The notes under the pieces are model-generated. The model was given only the letters and a program-made list of their open reading frames with translations, was not told the origin of the DNA and ran no database searches. From Lepidodermella squamata (lineage: Eukaryota; Animalia; Gastrotricha), in contig JBLDXI010000055.1 in NCBI GenBank assembly GCA_047495785.1, positions 1,426,001 to 1,490,000 of the forward strand: a DNA stretch of 64,000 bases, given 5' to 3'. The translations under genes and the position numbers were made by a program. Below, piece by piece: positions 11,201-22,104 of the stretch (position 1 is the first letter of the stretch; each line of letters opens with the position of its first letter).

Positions 11201-11680
11201 TTGCAACTTTGACCAATCCTCCCGCCACGGCAAATCACCGATCTTCGAAAAAGGATAATCACTTTTGATTATAGGACAATCAGCCATTAGCAATGACGAC
11301 TTCTTCATCCATGAAAACTGCCTCGCATCGCAGTATTTAATTTGAACAATGGCCCTTAGAAATAGACCTGGACGAGTGGGGAGGAAATTCTTGCCTAAGA
11401 GATAATCGAGAAGATCTTTCTCCAGACATAAAAGGAATATGAAAAAAGCGTCTTGGGATGGATTTTCAAGTATGGCATCGCATAGGACGTTGACAGACAT
11501 GCTGTTATCGGCGCAATTCTGTTTTAGTCTGTCGAGGAAATCCAAGCCGAAAACATTGATTGCAAGGTCCGTGTCCTCGCGGGTGATTTCGCGTAACATC
11601 GTGCGAGCAACATGCGCGGCGTTGAAACCGTAGGCTCGGCAAGCGATGATGCCCTCCTTAATTTCAACGTTTTCGACCAT
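8282..11680 (-). CDS. STAND/NB-ARC NTPase with CARD-like N-terminus and C-terminal ankyrin repeats (NLR/APAF1-like), intronless, 1132 aa
   Basis: Walker A GDSGLGKTS, Walker B ILLVLDNL, sensor-1-like VIAICRN, GxP motif CSGSPLAA, winged-helix LAILWG...IHQLF; multiple ankyrin repeats such as TALMHAASHGHVAVVRLLLENGCEVN; helical N-terminal ~95 aa with LCDAILENPSQDAFFIFLLCLEK. Confidence 0.85.
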   Translation of the reverse strand: MVENVEIKEGIIACRAYGFNAAHVARTMLREITREDTDLAINVFGLDFLDRLKQNCADNSMSVNVLCDAILENPSQDAFFIFLLCLEKDLLDYLLGKNFLPTRPGLFLRAIVQIKYCDARQFSWMKKSSLLMADCPIIKSDYPFSKIGDLPWREDWSKLQDEVRELCSSSETKQCLVFYGDSGLGKTSTVLNAIVFDEQFLKSCAIATVIYLNAANFNHGSYSESRLSFYACLGKLFSLKVEELNRERSSAKYIRRFLSDLSSVNSKILLVLDNLTSDCIMRQALHLSKNVHVIAICRNLDLKLANSCRRLKISPLPNRDILNLITLNPSSELKTDTLARMCSGSPLAAMAIKSKIENDSNAIATLLSPISEEEAVDLSNSKWSDGERKILHLLTGVFRDESEFSKLRFYGFLLFEPGNTVEFEDLAILWGYSDLSEVRGHVNDYERKNFVQVTNGRHVSIHQLFFATALPFARKYFNLSHYAATIDIRRSLILRLYGRECFEKIVKTQKTQLFKTFIDYILSDECYCISVRSSILEFFLPNDHYSPLTALVASKLILKQGVNIAIPTIARILEKLLEDGDDYGETEGVVGVARGIAASLMFGDDNLMESPVKLRDIVLKRCKASGLWSELLESVETGRPSCENVLLAAAAGGLSELMQCFLDDREFLSRIDVSDDCGENVLMKAVSNGYYVIRALCSNPKVPAVIFNQFNNNGQTAMMLAMERGETIRASWMLQSGKCDLTLKTNRDKTVIQHCMWIAKRDYDYYFPEELSPKTVLTADELECMEEIKSKIEDGEASILEPCDQINEPLLRLVFGDESVTNLSEIARDLMKQVYNFNHYNELDIHSKLNIRDISFGLLLASRIGSLAAKPLLQQDAFTEIRGISGQKPLIDAARYGYDNLVEILLENGADINARDFDCCTALMHAASHGHVAVVRLLLENGCEVNAQNAQFESALLLTAKNTELCESENAEIARLLLEHGAEVDLCDLTMATPLMYACFYGREETAGCLIQHAAQIDACDIEGKSPLMFAVPKGRKQVISLLLEQPVGRTLLDLADRFGCTPVMLAVEYGKTKTAKMLIALGARTDLRDFFGKSLRDIALDYGCLDIAFMLGHQYPLWRRFIGLLVLEFLE

Positions 11681-11926
11681 AGGCGATGCTGTTTTGTAGG
11701 TATGACTGTGCGTATGTGACTCAAATAAAGAGCGTGCAAAAACACGCTGCGAATTATTGGGAAATCGAATTTACGCTTTCGCATTCATGCATATATCTTG
11801 TTTTGCCCGAAAAATCGATCGTAATTTCTCCCAACCACTGGTTTTTCTCGCAACTTGCGAGCTGAATTTATTTTACACTATATAAATTCGAACCTGATCA
11901 ACTTCAACAAATTCGGTTTGGCCAAC

Positions 11927-13001
11927 TTAACTATGTGGAGAATCCTTTTGACATACAGGTCTCATCAGCTCACTGTGGTCAAACCGAGCTGTCGTGAAAA
12001 TCTGTACAGCTGACTTTCTAAAAGCTGGATTCGAAACGAAATAGACAATAAAATTTCCGAAATGTTCGACGAGGCGAAATGATACGGGAATCAGCGAAAG
12101 CTTGTACAATGCCTGATTACTAAGTGTTGATCCCCATATATAACCGGACGTTATAGGGTTGAATAGAACTGTGGGAATCTCCCCAATTAGCGCGCAGAAA
12201 ACGCCAGCTATCAAAGCTATTGTCAGCTTTCGGTCGTGGCGAGGCCGACCGGGCAATTTCTGCGGGTCAAGGTGGCAAATCATTCGAATAAGAAAACAGT
12301 TGAGTGCCAACAGCAAGGCGACTGCGCCTATATAAAACCTAAATATAAGGTGGATTTTGGATTGAAATTTCTTAATCACCAGCATGAAAGACGACTAGCC
12401 GCCCAATCGAGTAGACTTGGAACCAACGGCTCTTCCACCGCGGAACTCGGCATCCGCGTTCGTCGAAGGTCCAAGCGAAGAGGCGAGGGATGCTTAGCAG
12501 TGTAAATATTAGGCAGATCCCGATCGCGACAATTACGGCAATTTTGCGGGCAGCGTTTGTATCAACGAAACCTCGCAGCCTCCTGACAAACAAAACCCGG
12601 TGCATGCTCATCGCAATGACCAGTTGTGTTGACAGCGCCGTGGTGCCGTTGTAGAGTGGCCACAACAGGAAAGTATTTAGCCATCGGCCCCGCTCAGTCG
12701 CCGAATATTCAACCACGGAGAAAAATAGTACGCCTTGTGACGACATGAGTAAAAGCTGAACGAACGCAAGGGCTGATAGGTAGATGTAAGTTGGCGATTT
12801 TAAGGTTGGCGACTTCATCGACTGATCGAACAGCAGCACGACAAAGGTGAGTAAATGCAAAAAGGTGCCGATAGTGCAAAGAAAAGGGATAACACCACCG
12901 TAATACAGTTTTTCTTCACTTGAAAGTCCTCTGGCAAACACTTCGATGCAAGGTGGCCCAGTTGATGACGATACATTGGCTAGCGGCTGCGACATTGCCA
13001 T
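11927..13001 (-). CDS. Rhodopsin-like (class A) GPCR, peptide-receptor-like orphan; 2 exons, intron approx. 12330-12380
   Basis: Seven hydrophobic segments; SPTYIYLSALA (TM2), MSMHR at the DRY position, LSIPRLF (TM4), GEIP (TM6), NFIVYFVSNPAFRK (TM7/helix 8); splice FHAG|AVALL joins the two ORFs. Confidence 0.85.
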
Positions 13002-13303
13002 GACACCAAGCTAGTTCAAATGTACAATTGTGAAGTCCGAATCCTTCATGTAAGCGCTTCAGCTACTTGTGAGTTTTATCGTGGGTGACCTCTTTTCAGA
13101 AAATAATTGAATAATCAATCTCACCAGAAAAAGCGTAATAGATACCTGCTGACATAGTGCGTATATGAAAAAAATCGATAGTCTCTTCCTTTTTTTTACA
13201 CAACTCCTGAAATCTTTAGGTGAGCTTAACTTGAGATGAAAATAGTACGGAATATAGCTTAAGGCTTTATTTTTATGAGCAATGCATCAGTCGATTTCAA
13301 ATT

Positions 13304-14053
13304 TTATTCTGCACGTCGTCTCAATCGAGAAGAGATAGCTTTGATCAATCCAAAAGATGGAGGGTTCAAATTGAAATAATTACGATATCCAGGGAAATAG
13401 CGAAGAGTTGCATCAACAAAATGAAGGCAATAGATAAAACACAGTGAATACGTAGCATAGTAAAGCGATGCCCCAGGATAAGCTATGACATATATCACAC
13501 TTTTAGTTAAATACTGCAAAGCTATAATTATGAAGTTCCACAGGAATGTTTCGAACAATGAAAAAGTATAGCTAGCAAAGGCAACAGCGATAACGACGCA
13601 AAGGGAAGCGTTGAGAACTTTTGTCGGGAAAACGATCGCGTTGTACAATCGGTTCGGCAGTTTATCCAGAATGGCAGTCAAGACTCGCTGACTGACAGCC
13701 ATTATCAGAAGGGTGACTATGCTCAGGTAGAGCAAATGCATAGTGAAAGCCGAAAATGTGTTCCAAATAATGACAGGATAGTAGATGATAGCGTCGACTA
13801 ACGGCCTGAGGTAATCGATCAGCATGACGATCATTGAGAAGATAAAGTTGGCTAACATCTCGACCAAAACAAATGTTGAACAGGTTGTAGCACCAAGGCA
13901 TATAGCAAAATGCATAGCGTTCTGTTTCATCGTTGGCGCAGCTTCGGTTTCATTCGGAAGCAAGCAGTTCGCTGGCAGGTAGGTTTCTTCCTCATCTTCG
14001 CCAATAATTGTCACCCGCCTGTTGTTGTTGCTTAGCCTTCTGAGCATCGGCAT
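13304..14053 (-). CDS. Orphan multi-pass membrane protein with a two-fold internal repeat
   Basis: ~250-aa ORF from MPMLRR with about 5-6 hydrophobic segments; a 50-nt GT-AG intron lies just upstream of the ATG; no family recognised. Confidence 0.65.
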   Translation of the reverse strand: MPMLRRLSNNNRRVTIIGEDEEETYLPANCLLPNETEAAPTMKQNAMHFAICLGATTCSTFVLVEMLANFIFSMIVMLIDYLRPLVDAIIYYPVIIWNTFSAFTMHLLYLSIVTLLIMAVSQRVLTAILDKLPNRLYNAIVFPTKVLNASLCVVIAVAFASYTFSLFETFLWNFIIIALQYLTKSVIYVIAYPGASLYYATYSLCFIYCLHFVDATLRYFPGYRNYFNLNPPSFGLIKAISSRLRRRAE

Positions 14054-14282
14054 TTTCGAAACTCTGGGTGTGGGGATAAATAAAAGTAACAATAATGTCG
14101 AGCTGCCTAATACCTCACACGGGACACACGACAAGTCATAAAAATTATGCATGATTTATGTCCTCATTTTTTCCGTTCCCTGATGATATATTTATTTCGC
14201 ATATACAACAGCACGTCGGTGACATGGTAATAAAAAACAGCACGAAGCACGTGTCTCGATTGATTATACTCAGTCAGTCGAG

Positions 14283-15681
14283 TTAAACGATGGAATGCCT
14301 GTGGCCGAATCTCGGCATTATTGACGGCGTACTCAAATTGTTGACCGGTTGAACAGAGATCATGGCAGCGAGCGGCGGCAATGGGGATCGCGTTGTTGGA
14401 GGGTTGTATTGCGATGTCCCTATTGTCAGAGGCAGGTCCAGCTTTAAATTCGGCAGCCATGGTATCCTCAACCCAATCTGCAAATTAAATACTTAGGTTC
14501 GATCATTCGCAAATTTTTTACGCTATTTCTACTCGACTGAGTGCTGGTTACTTCAGAGATCTATCATCAGCCGAAGTAACATGTGTTCTACTACGCTATG
14601 GGAAAGAAGTGAAAGGTGCACTAAGACCTGTATGAAGTAGCTGACTTCTATTATTTCGCAACACAGAGATGGTATGTCAAGCGTAGGCAACCGAAATCGC
14701 ATGCCTTTCCACTGAGTGTAGCCATTTTCGCCAATCAGTGCCGTCAACGCTGCTTCATCTTCTGAGTCGCCCAGGGGCAGCAGCTCCCATTCGTTGACAT
14801 AGATGTCTGTTTCACCTAGAATAAACGCTAAGCTACGAAAAAACTATCGATCTTCGTACTCACCAAAGCATCGATGTGTCACTTCCCTCATCAATTTAAT
14901 GAATGGCCTCGCGGACCTTGCTGATCGATTGAAAAATTTAGCACTGATTCCTATCACGTCACCTGAAAGAAATGTCCCTTTTAAGTCTGATGCATTAAGT
15001 AATTTACTGATTTACCTGAAATGTAACCTGATCTGTCTGTTTGAGCTTCGACCGACAGAGGTCCAGACTCGCAGCAAAAACAACACGAAGTTTTGGTTTT
15101 GCTTGATTTGACGATGGCTCGAAAAAGCGGTTGGTTTATGTCGACAATCTGCTCGACGTAGATGCGCCTTTTCGCCGATTTTCGCTGCGCAGGTAACAAC
15201 CCTTCGTCAGGTCCAAACAGTTTGAGGGTGTATCGGATCGAACCGTTTTTTGTCGGGTGCTCGCTTTCATACGATGGTAAGATGCTGTTTCACGAAGGTG
15301 AGCACTAGATCAGGGCTAGAGAAAACAACTCACTTCATAGGCAGTTTGAATGAGAAAGGAAGCTGGTGAATTCCAGGTGGAATAGAGTCTATTGAGCATA
15401 AAAATTCATCGATTAACGATACTGAAGAAGAAATACTGACTTTGTGGCGTAGTGAGATTTTGCACCATCTCAGCATTTGGCTTCAACGAGCTGAAGAAAG
15501 TTTTCGAGTGGCAGCCAGTCCTTCGCCGAATTCGAACTTTAGCCAGAGATTTGAGAGTCAGCTCGACGTAGAAAATGTGTTGCCCGCCTTCGACAACGTA
15601 GACCTCGCAATAGCCGGTAACAACTTCGCCGATAAAGTACGTGATCTTTGGCAATTTAATGTCCATCGCCTGGATGACCAT
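14283..15681 (-). CDS. Alpha-arrestin (ARRDC family) 1; 6 exons; no PPxY
   Basis: Spliced: YFIGEVVTGYCEV, PGIHQLPFSFKLP, LPSYE..NGSIRY, SCCFCCESGPLSVEAQTDRSGY, EVSYFIQ|IGLRIPW..LPLTIGT. Confidence 0.88.
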
Positions 15682-15825
15682 TTCCCCTCAGCAGAAAGAC
15701 TTAAAAATCCTAAAATAAAATTACCGAGAGACGAATCACTAAACAATAATTATTCAAGACATAAACAATGATATTCTGCAATTTTACAATGTTAAAACTG
15801 CAGTATTAGGAAACAGCAGGAGCCG

Positions 15826-17141
15826 TCACTTTGAATTGTGAGTGGCTGAGTAAGGAGGAGGCTCCGCTGTCGTACCATTTGATGTCGAAGCCCCGTTTGC
15901 AGGTGTGCCCGGCTGCACCATCACGGTTGGCGGCTTTCCCTGAGGGCCACTTGTAAAATGCGGGATGGTTGCAATAGTGACTGGGAGGCTGATTTCAGCA
16001 TTATTCGACCAAGCCACCTCGAGGCCAATCTGAAGTTAAATCAGCTGATCAAATTCGAAAATCAAATGAAAAATCACCTTGACAGTGTAGGTAACCTCGA
16101 TAAGTTCGTAGTAAATTGATGGAGATTGAAGGTCCCCTGGTAGCTCGAACTTCAGACTGTTCCATTCGATACTTCCACCTTGCCCGATGGAACCCAGATC
16201 TTCACCTCCAACGACTTGTAATTTCCAAAAATTTGTAAACGAATCCGATTGTGCTTATGATAAACGCTTAAAATTCGGGCCTTTCTAAAGTTTTTCTGCA
16301 TTTCATACCTTTTGCTCTGTAATGGACCTTTCTAAACAGTTTTACGTAAGGGTGAACAACTTTAGAAGAACCGTTGAAAAATTTAGCAGTTATCAGCAGT
16401 CGCTCCTCTGTGAAAGGCAAAAACAGAGGTTAGTGAGATTAATTGACCTAGTTTAATTGCCACTTACTTATAGCAAAAGCAGCTCGATCCAATTTTGCCT
16501 CCACGCTGATGGGTTGCCCCGCCCCGCAGCACGTTGAAACGGGGGTTTCAGCGAAACCGGGTACCTCAGCTTGGTATGCTGGTAGGTTAGCGTCAATTAG
16601 TTCCCATAACTGAAACTGTTTCTCATGAGGATGATCCCTATCATAAGGATTGACAGCGACTAAGGAGTAGCGTATACTACCGTGCTCGCTTTCAGGCGGA
16701 GGCTCGTAAGATGAAGGTAACCTAAAAGGTCAAATAGATCCAATCTATATGTTGATTGTCATAGAGATATTTTTTTACACGATTGGTAGTTGGAATGCAA
16801 ACGGCAATTGATTCATGCCAAGCTCAAGGACCCCGTCGGGTGTTGACAGGCGCTGGGTAGCTGCTGGAAAAATGAGTCGACTTTCAGTGACCGAAGTCCG
16901 CTCGTCTTCTTCATGATTCTGATTGCCATCGCGGTAACACACAACCTGAAATGTTGATGAGAATGAGGTTAAGATTCTAGGATGAAAATTCACTGACCAT
17001 TGTCTGAGACATGCCCTTCATCGTCAGCTCGATGTGAGGTGGGAGAGGCCGCCCGGGCAGGACTTCAATTTCGCAAATACCGGTAAGCAACTCGCCAGCG
17101 AGAAAGCGCCTCTTTGATAATTTGATTTCGCAATGAGCCAT
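15826..17141 (-). CDS. Alpha-arrestin 2; 6 exons; C-terminal PPPY
   Basis: MAHCEIKLSKRRFLAGELLTGICEIEV, LPFAFQLP, LPSSYE..HGSIRY, EVTYTVK|IGLEVAW..LPVTIATIP; all introns GT-AG. Confidence 0.85.
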
Positions 17142-18592
17142 CGCTATTATGGCGCTTTGCTGCTTCTGATGCTTGAAGCTTCAAGACGCGCAGTTAGTCA
17201 TAAAAGATTGCACCGGAAAGCGCTGAGCTTGAGTGTACGCAAAATTAATCGATAGTCACCCTGAGAGTGTAAAATGATAGGTTAGTCATGGGCGTTGTAA
17301 GCCATTTTCTTCATCATCAGAGAGCCTTGATTCGATCTCCTTCCGCGGAGAGAAGCTTTTGTTCGCCTTCCGATGGATTTTTTGTATGTTGGGCATCGAC
17401 GCTTTTAAATTCTGTAAATAGCTCACCGGTATTGCCGGTTGCTAAAAATGTCAAGTCTGCGTGTTACAACATCTGACCTGAGTTGATTGCTCCAAGGTTC
17501 CGCATTAACACACCGGCCTTTTCAGTTCATTCAATTGTTGTATTTATAGCTCGCAGGAAACTTGGTGACACCGAGATTGAAACTAGGGCAAAAGAAATAA
17601 CAATGGAACCACCTGCAAGAAAAACATTGAATAAAATTGAATCAGCAATCATTATTTCGAAAGTGAGGACCACTTGCAAAAATGACGATTTGACCTTATC
17701 TTAGTAACAGTATGGTTCTGTTGTTACAAAACATGTGTTCAATCAGGAAAATTTTTGTTAAAGCCGGAAAATTAAACTTAATTATTTGGGCAACATTGTT
17801 CGCCAGTGAATTCTTTGAAAATTCTATACATCTGTCTGATCTGTCTGATTGCTGGCTGACCTTTGATTTCAAACCTGTAGTCGAAGTCACGACTTCGTCC
17901 GAGTATTTGCTTCGGATTAGATAATATCACGAGCCAATCATCGTATAGGGGACGAAGTGCGTGAAATTATTGCGCGTGTTTACATGTTTGGTCAACCGCC
18001 AATGAAATTGACTAGCCTAATTATCGGAATTTATCTAAAACATGTCTCAAATATGACGGTGAAATTATTTTATAATATGATCACCATAATGGCAGGGGTT
18101 CATCGATCTAATATTCGATGCATGTCTGTGCTAATGATTATTTCGGATTTGTTCGGCGAGGTAGGTCTGACTCGTACTACCTCAAGTGACAATATTTAAT
18201 CGGCAAATTGATCATCAGGAAGTTCGATATGCGCCTGGGCAGCCACGTGCATCTTCATTGTCGCAGACGTTTACCTTAAATGCTTTGCGTCAGAAATTGG
18301 ATACCAAGCAGTGCATTATATTTTTTGCTCATCTTCCTGTGTATAGGGAAAAATCGTCTCATAAACAGGTCAATTTTTTTTATTATTCTTACGGAAAAGC
18401 GAAATGTTCAAAATTGGACGAAAAAAGAGTACATAATACTTCCTTAAGGATTCTTGAAAGATGACCACAATTAGCTCACATTTTAGTGATACAAACACGA
18501 ATACTGAACAGGTTGCACATGTGCGTTAGAATCAAAGTGACACAAAATCGGAAGGCTCTCGATCATTATAGTACGAGCCGACGGATAATCTG

Positions 18593-19800
18593 TTAAATGT
18601 GTTGAATATCTTCCTGGCCAGGTTGCGAAGTGATGACCGCCCAGTCAGCTGTTCCTTTCTTGACCTTGAACGGCACCGTGCCGATAGTGACGGGGAACGT
18701 GATTTGCAAGCTGTGCGCCCATCGAACTTCGACGCCGATTTCGACGCTGTACTTCACCGTGATGAGATCGTGCGTGATCGACGGGGCGCTGATAGCCTGC
18801 GGCAGCCTGAAGCGTGTTCGATTCCACTGAATGGTGCCGCCGCATCCGACCCAACTGTTGACGCGATCGCCTTCTTTCCTAGGTCGAAGCTTCCACAGTT
18901 TAGCGTCAACTTCAACCTCATCCTTTGCGTGATGCTCAATCGTTCGTCCGAACTTCACGAATGGCCGCATCGCCTTCGAGCTGTTATTTGTGAATTTCGC
19001 TGTGATGACCAGTGGCTCCTCTAAAATGCCATTGGTTATAACTTCAATGAGAATCTGGGAATTTAATTTACCAAGGTAATAGGAACTTCGCTCCAGCTGG
19101 GCTTCGATTGTAATAGATCCATCTTCAGCCCCGCAACCCCTACGTCCACATGACCTACTTTAAATTTGAGCATTTCGCAATCATTGAATTTCTCACCAAA
19201 ATGGATAAATCGTTTCCACTTTCTTTTCAGCCAATGGCGCGCAGTAAATCGGCAAATTTGTGTCGATAACTTGCTGAACGCGAACAAACTTTTCAATGCA
19301 CCGCTTCGGATCTGTCGGGTCGCTGACAACTAGCGAATATCGAATCCAGCCGTAATCTCCTTTTCTTATCAACTCAGACTCGTAAGATGACGGAATGCTA
19401 GGGAATGAAATTCGAAATATAGAAAAGATCCCCATCTCCAGAAGTAAGCTTACTCAGGAGGCAAATAAGCGCTGAACGGGATTTGGTAGCTTCCGGGCAC
19501 TAGCATTCCTGAAACAGGAAAAAATGAAACCATCTGAAATTCGAAAAAGCTGAACATCCAACCTTGAGGAACCGTCAAATGTTGGGTTTTCTCCGGGAAA
19601 AGATCAGCGTTGTCCTGGACAAGGTCGCGGGCCTTACGGCTGCCAATAACTATAGCTTGAATGCGGCCTTTCAGGGTCATATCCACATGCGGGATGCCCT
19701 GGCGATCAGCGCCGATTTCAACCTTGCAAATGCCAGTTATCGACTCGCCAGCGTAAAACTTTGGCTTGGTCAGCTCGAGAGACAGCTTCGAAACAGCCAT
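18593..19800 (-). CDS. Alpha-arrestin 3; 5 exons; short tail without PPxY
   Basis: FYAGESITGICKV, PGSYQIPFSAYLP, PSSYE..GWIRY, ITVKYSVEIGV, FPVTIGTVP. Confidence 0.88.
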
Positions 19801-20249
19801 TACTTTTATGCGATATGAAATGAAGAGACCTGTGAAGTCTAATTTCCAGTCTGCGTTTTTTTGCGCGATGATATGTGTGCTGCGGCGATGAATTGTTGAT
19901 GGCGCATCGTCTTCAAAACATTTCCTCAGCTAGATCGATAAGTCGCAGGCATTCGAGCCTTTTATCGAAATTTGATACAGCTGGCGTGATTAAAAAGTGC
20001 AGTAACTGCACTCATAGCCAGTTGGTTTATCGATTTCGCGACGTGTTTCGGCACTAGTTGTTGCTGGAAAGAAGTGCGCGTTTAACGCGGTAACACGACA
20101 TCACTAGGGCCCGTATTGGGTGACAGCTCTTTGAATTCGAGAAAAAGATGCAGTGTTCCATTCATATTTTATTTTCAAGCATGGCCGCAAATCGGAAATC
20201 TCAATTTTCATAATTTTTTCTTTATACCTACGATAATTATTGTCAACGT

Positions 20250-21729
20250 TCAAAGTTTAACTTCAGTCAGCGGGGGTGGTTGCGCTGAATAAGAGACAGC
20301 GGCCACGCCAGGGTTCATTGAAACTTGACTAGGCTGCGGCGGCATTGCGGTGTTATTATTGTTATTATTGTCGTCTGGATACGGCAAAATGGCACGTTCG
20401 TTGGCGAACATTGCAGCAAAGTAACTGGGCGGAGGAACGCTGTAATTTATGACGTCATTAGATGGCGCTGGCAGAGGTGGCGCCGAGGCGATGGAGTCGC
20501 CCGATTGCTTGCCAGATCCACCCCACGGGTAGGCGCCACCTGACGGTTGGTAACCCGGGGGCAGGCTGGATCCGCTCGGCATGGGAGGCATGCCGGCAGG
20601 TTGTTGTGCCATCACAACCGGCTCATCGCGGAAAGGGACAGTTCCGATGACAACTGGCAGATAAACCTCTAAATCAAACGCCCACGGGATGTCGAGTCCG
20701 ACCTGTATAGAGATAGAGGAAAGTAGGTGTCTGATGTTTAAAAAAAGCCGTTTAGGAGAGGAAACTCACTTCCACGTGGTAGGTAACCTCGATATTTCCG
20801 CAGCTTATTGATGGCAAAAGCGCGTCAGGTAGGCGAAATTGCACGCCTTTCCATTCAGCGCTTCCGCCTTCGGCTATTTCGGTCCGAATTTCGGCGCTAT
20901 TAACCAGGGGCGCCAGTTTCCACGACTCAATCGTCGACCGTGTCTTGCCCTGGGCGTGAAACCTGCGAGTTTGAACAAGTTTCGCGTAAGGCTTGACTGT
21001 CTTTGATGACTCATTTTTAAAAGTAGCAGTCACCGTCACGACATCATCTATAAATAAAGCAATAAAAATAAGGATTTTTACGTAAATTATCCTAATAATT
21101 ACTTGGACAGTAAGCTGCGCGATCAGTTTTTGCGTCGATAAACAGCGGACCCGATGCGCAACACCAGCAACAGTTCGTCTTAGTGTCAGTTCCAGCGACA
21201 GAGAATCGGTACTGCGGTAAATTAGGGTCGATCCACTGGATGACCTTGATGTCTTTGACCGCCTTTGGTTTGAACAGCGAAACGAACCAATTTGCAGGCG
21301 CTTGAGCCGTCAATCTATACCGAACATATCCATAACTTCCTTCCATGGCTGTCGGCAATCTGTGAATAGAATGTGTTACTAAGCTAAGATCAAATCCCCG
21401 TCCTATTACCCAGCAGGCAGTTGGAAGGCAAATGGAATCTGATGAATTCCGCTCGGAATTTTGCCAGCCGTTGTTGAGAGGTTCTGCTCCGTGCAGAAGA
21501 AGTCTACGTTGGAAGTGTATGATACGGTTGTAGTGTGGCGATGTTTCCCGCTGCCGTGGCTTCGCGACTCTGTCCAGTGAACATGAGCGGCGCCATGAAA
21601 TTGAACAACAATGCAAGGAACTTCAGAGCCTTCGGTAATTTCTACCGAACAGACACCCGAGACAACCTCGCCGGCGTAGAACAACTCGCGCCCGCCATCT
21701 AAGAGAAGAAGAATGCTCTTGATTCCCAT
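20250..21729 (-). CDS. Alpha-arrestin 4; P-rich tail with PPGY and PPSY
   Basis: FYAGEVVSGVCSV, FHGAAHVHW, GIHQIPFAFQLP, LPTAMEGSYGYVRY, CCWCCASGP, VGLDIPWAFDLEVYLPVVIGTVP. Confidence 0.92.
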
Positions 21730-22104
21730 AAAAACTGGTTCGAGTCTAGTTCTATATAGTATGGACTCCTAATCTGAAATATACACTTGAGGTGTTGTTG
21801 ATAGAGAGGCCTGGTCTGCCTTATAAGCAACGCCGTAGTGAATCACTTGGACCCACGATATGTTTCATAACCTACGTCAGTATTTTATCGCTTGGAAAAA
21901 TACTAACTCAATGCAAATATTATATTGTGTAAATACGCGTAGTAATAATATCGTAGAGGCGGCGCTTAGTCTGTGTACTGATAAGAAGGCGCTAATTTCG
22001 GAATATATGATATGTGAGAGTCCAATCACTTTTTTCTCACGAGCGATTCTTTCATGCGTGCCTGGAAAATCGGTGTACACTGATTCAAAGTGAAAATTTT
22101 ATTC

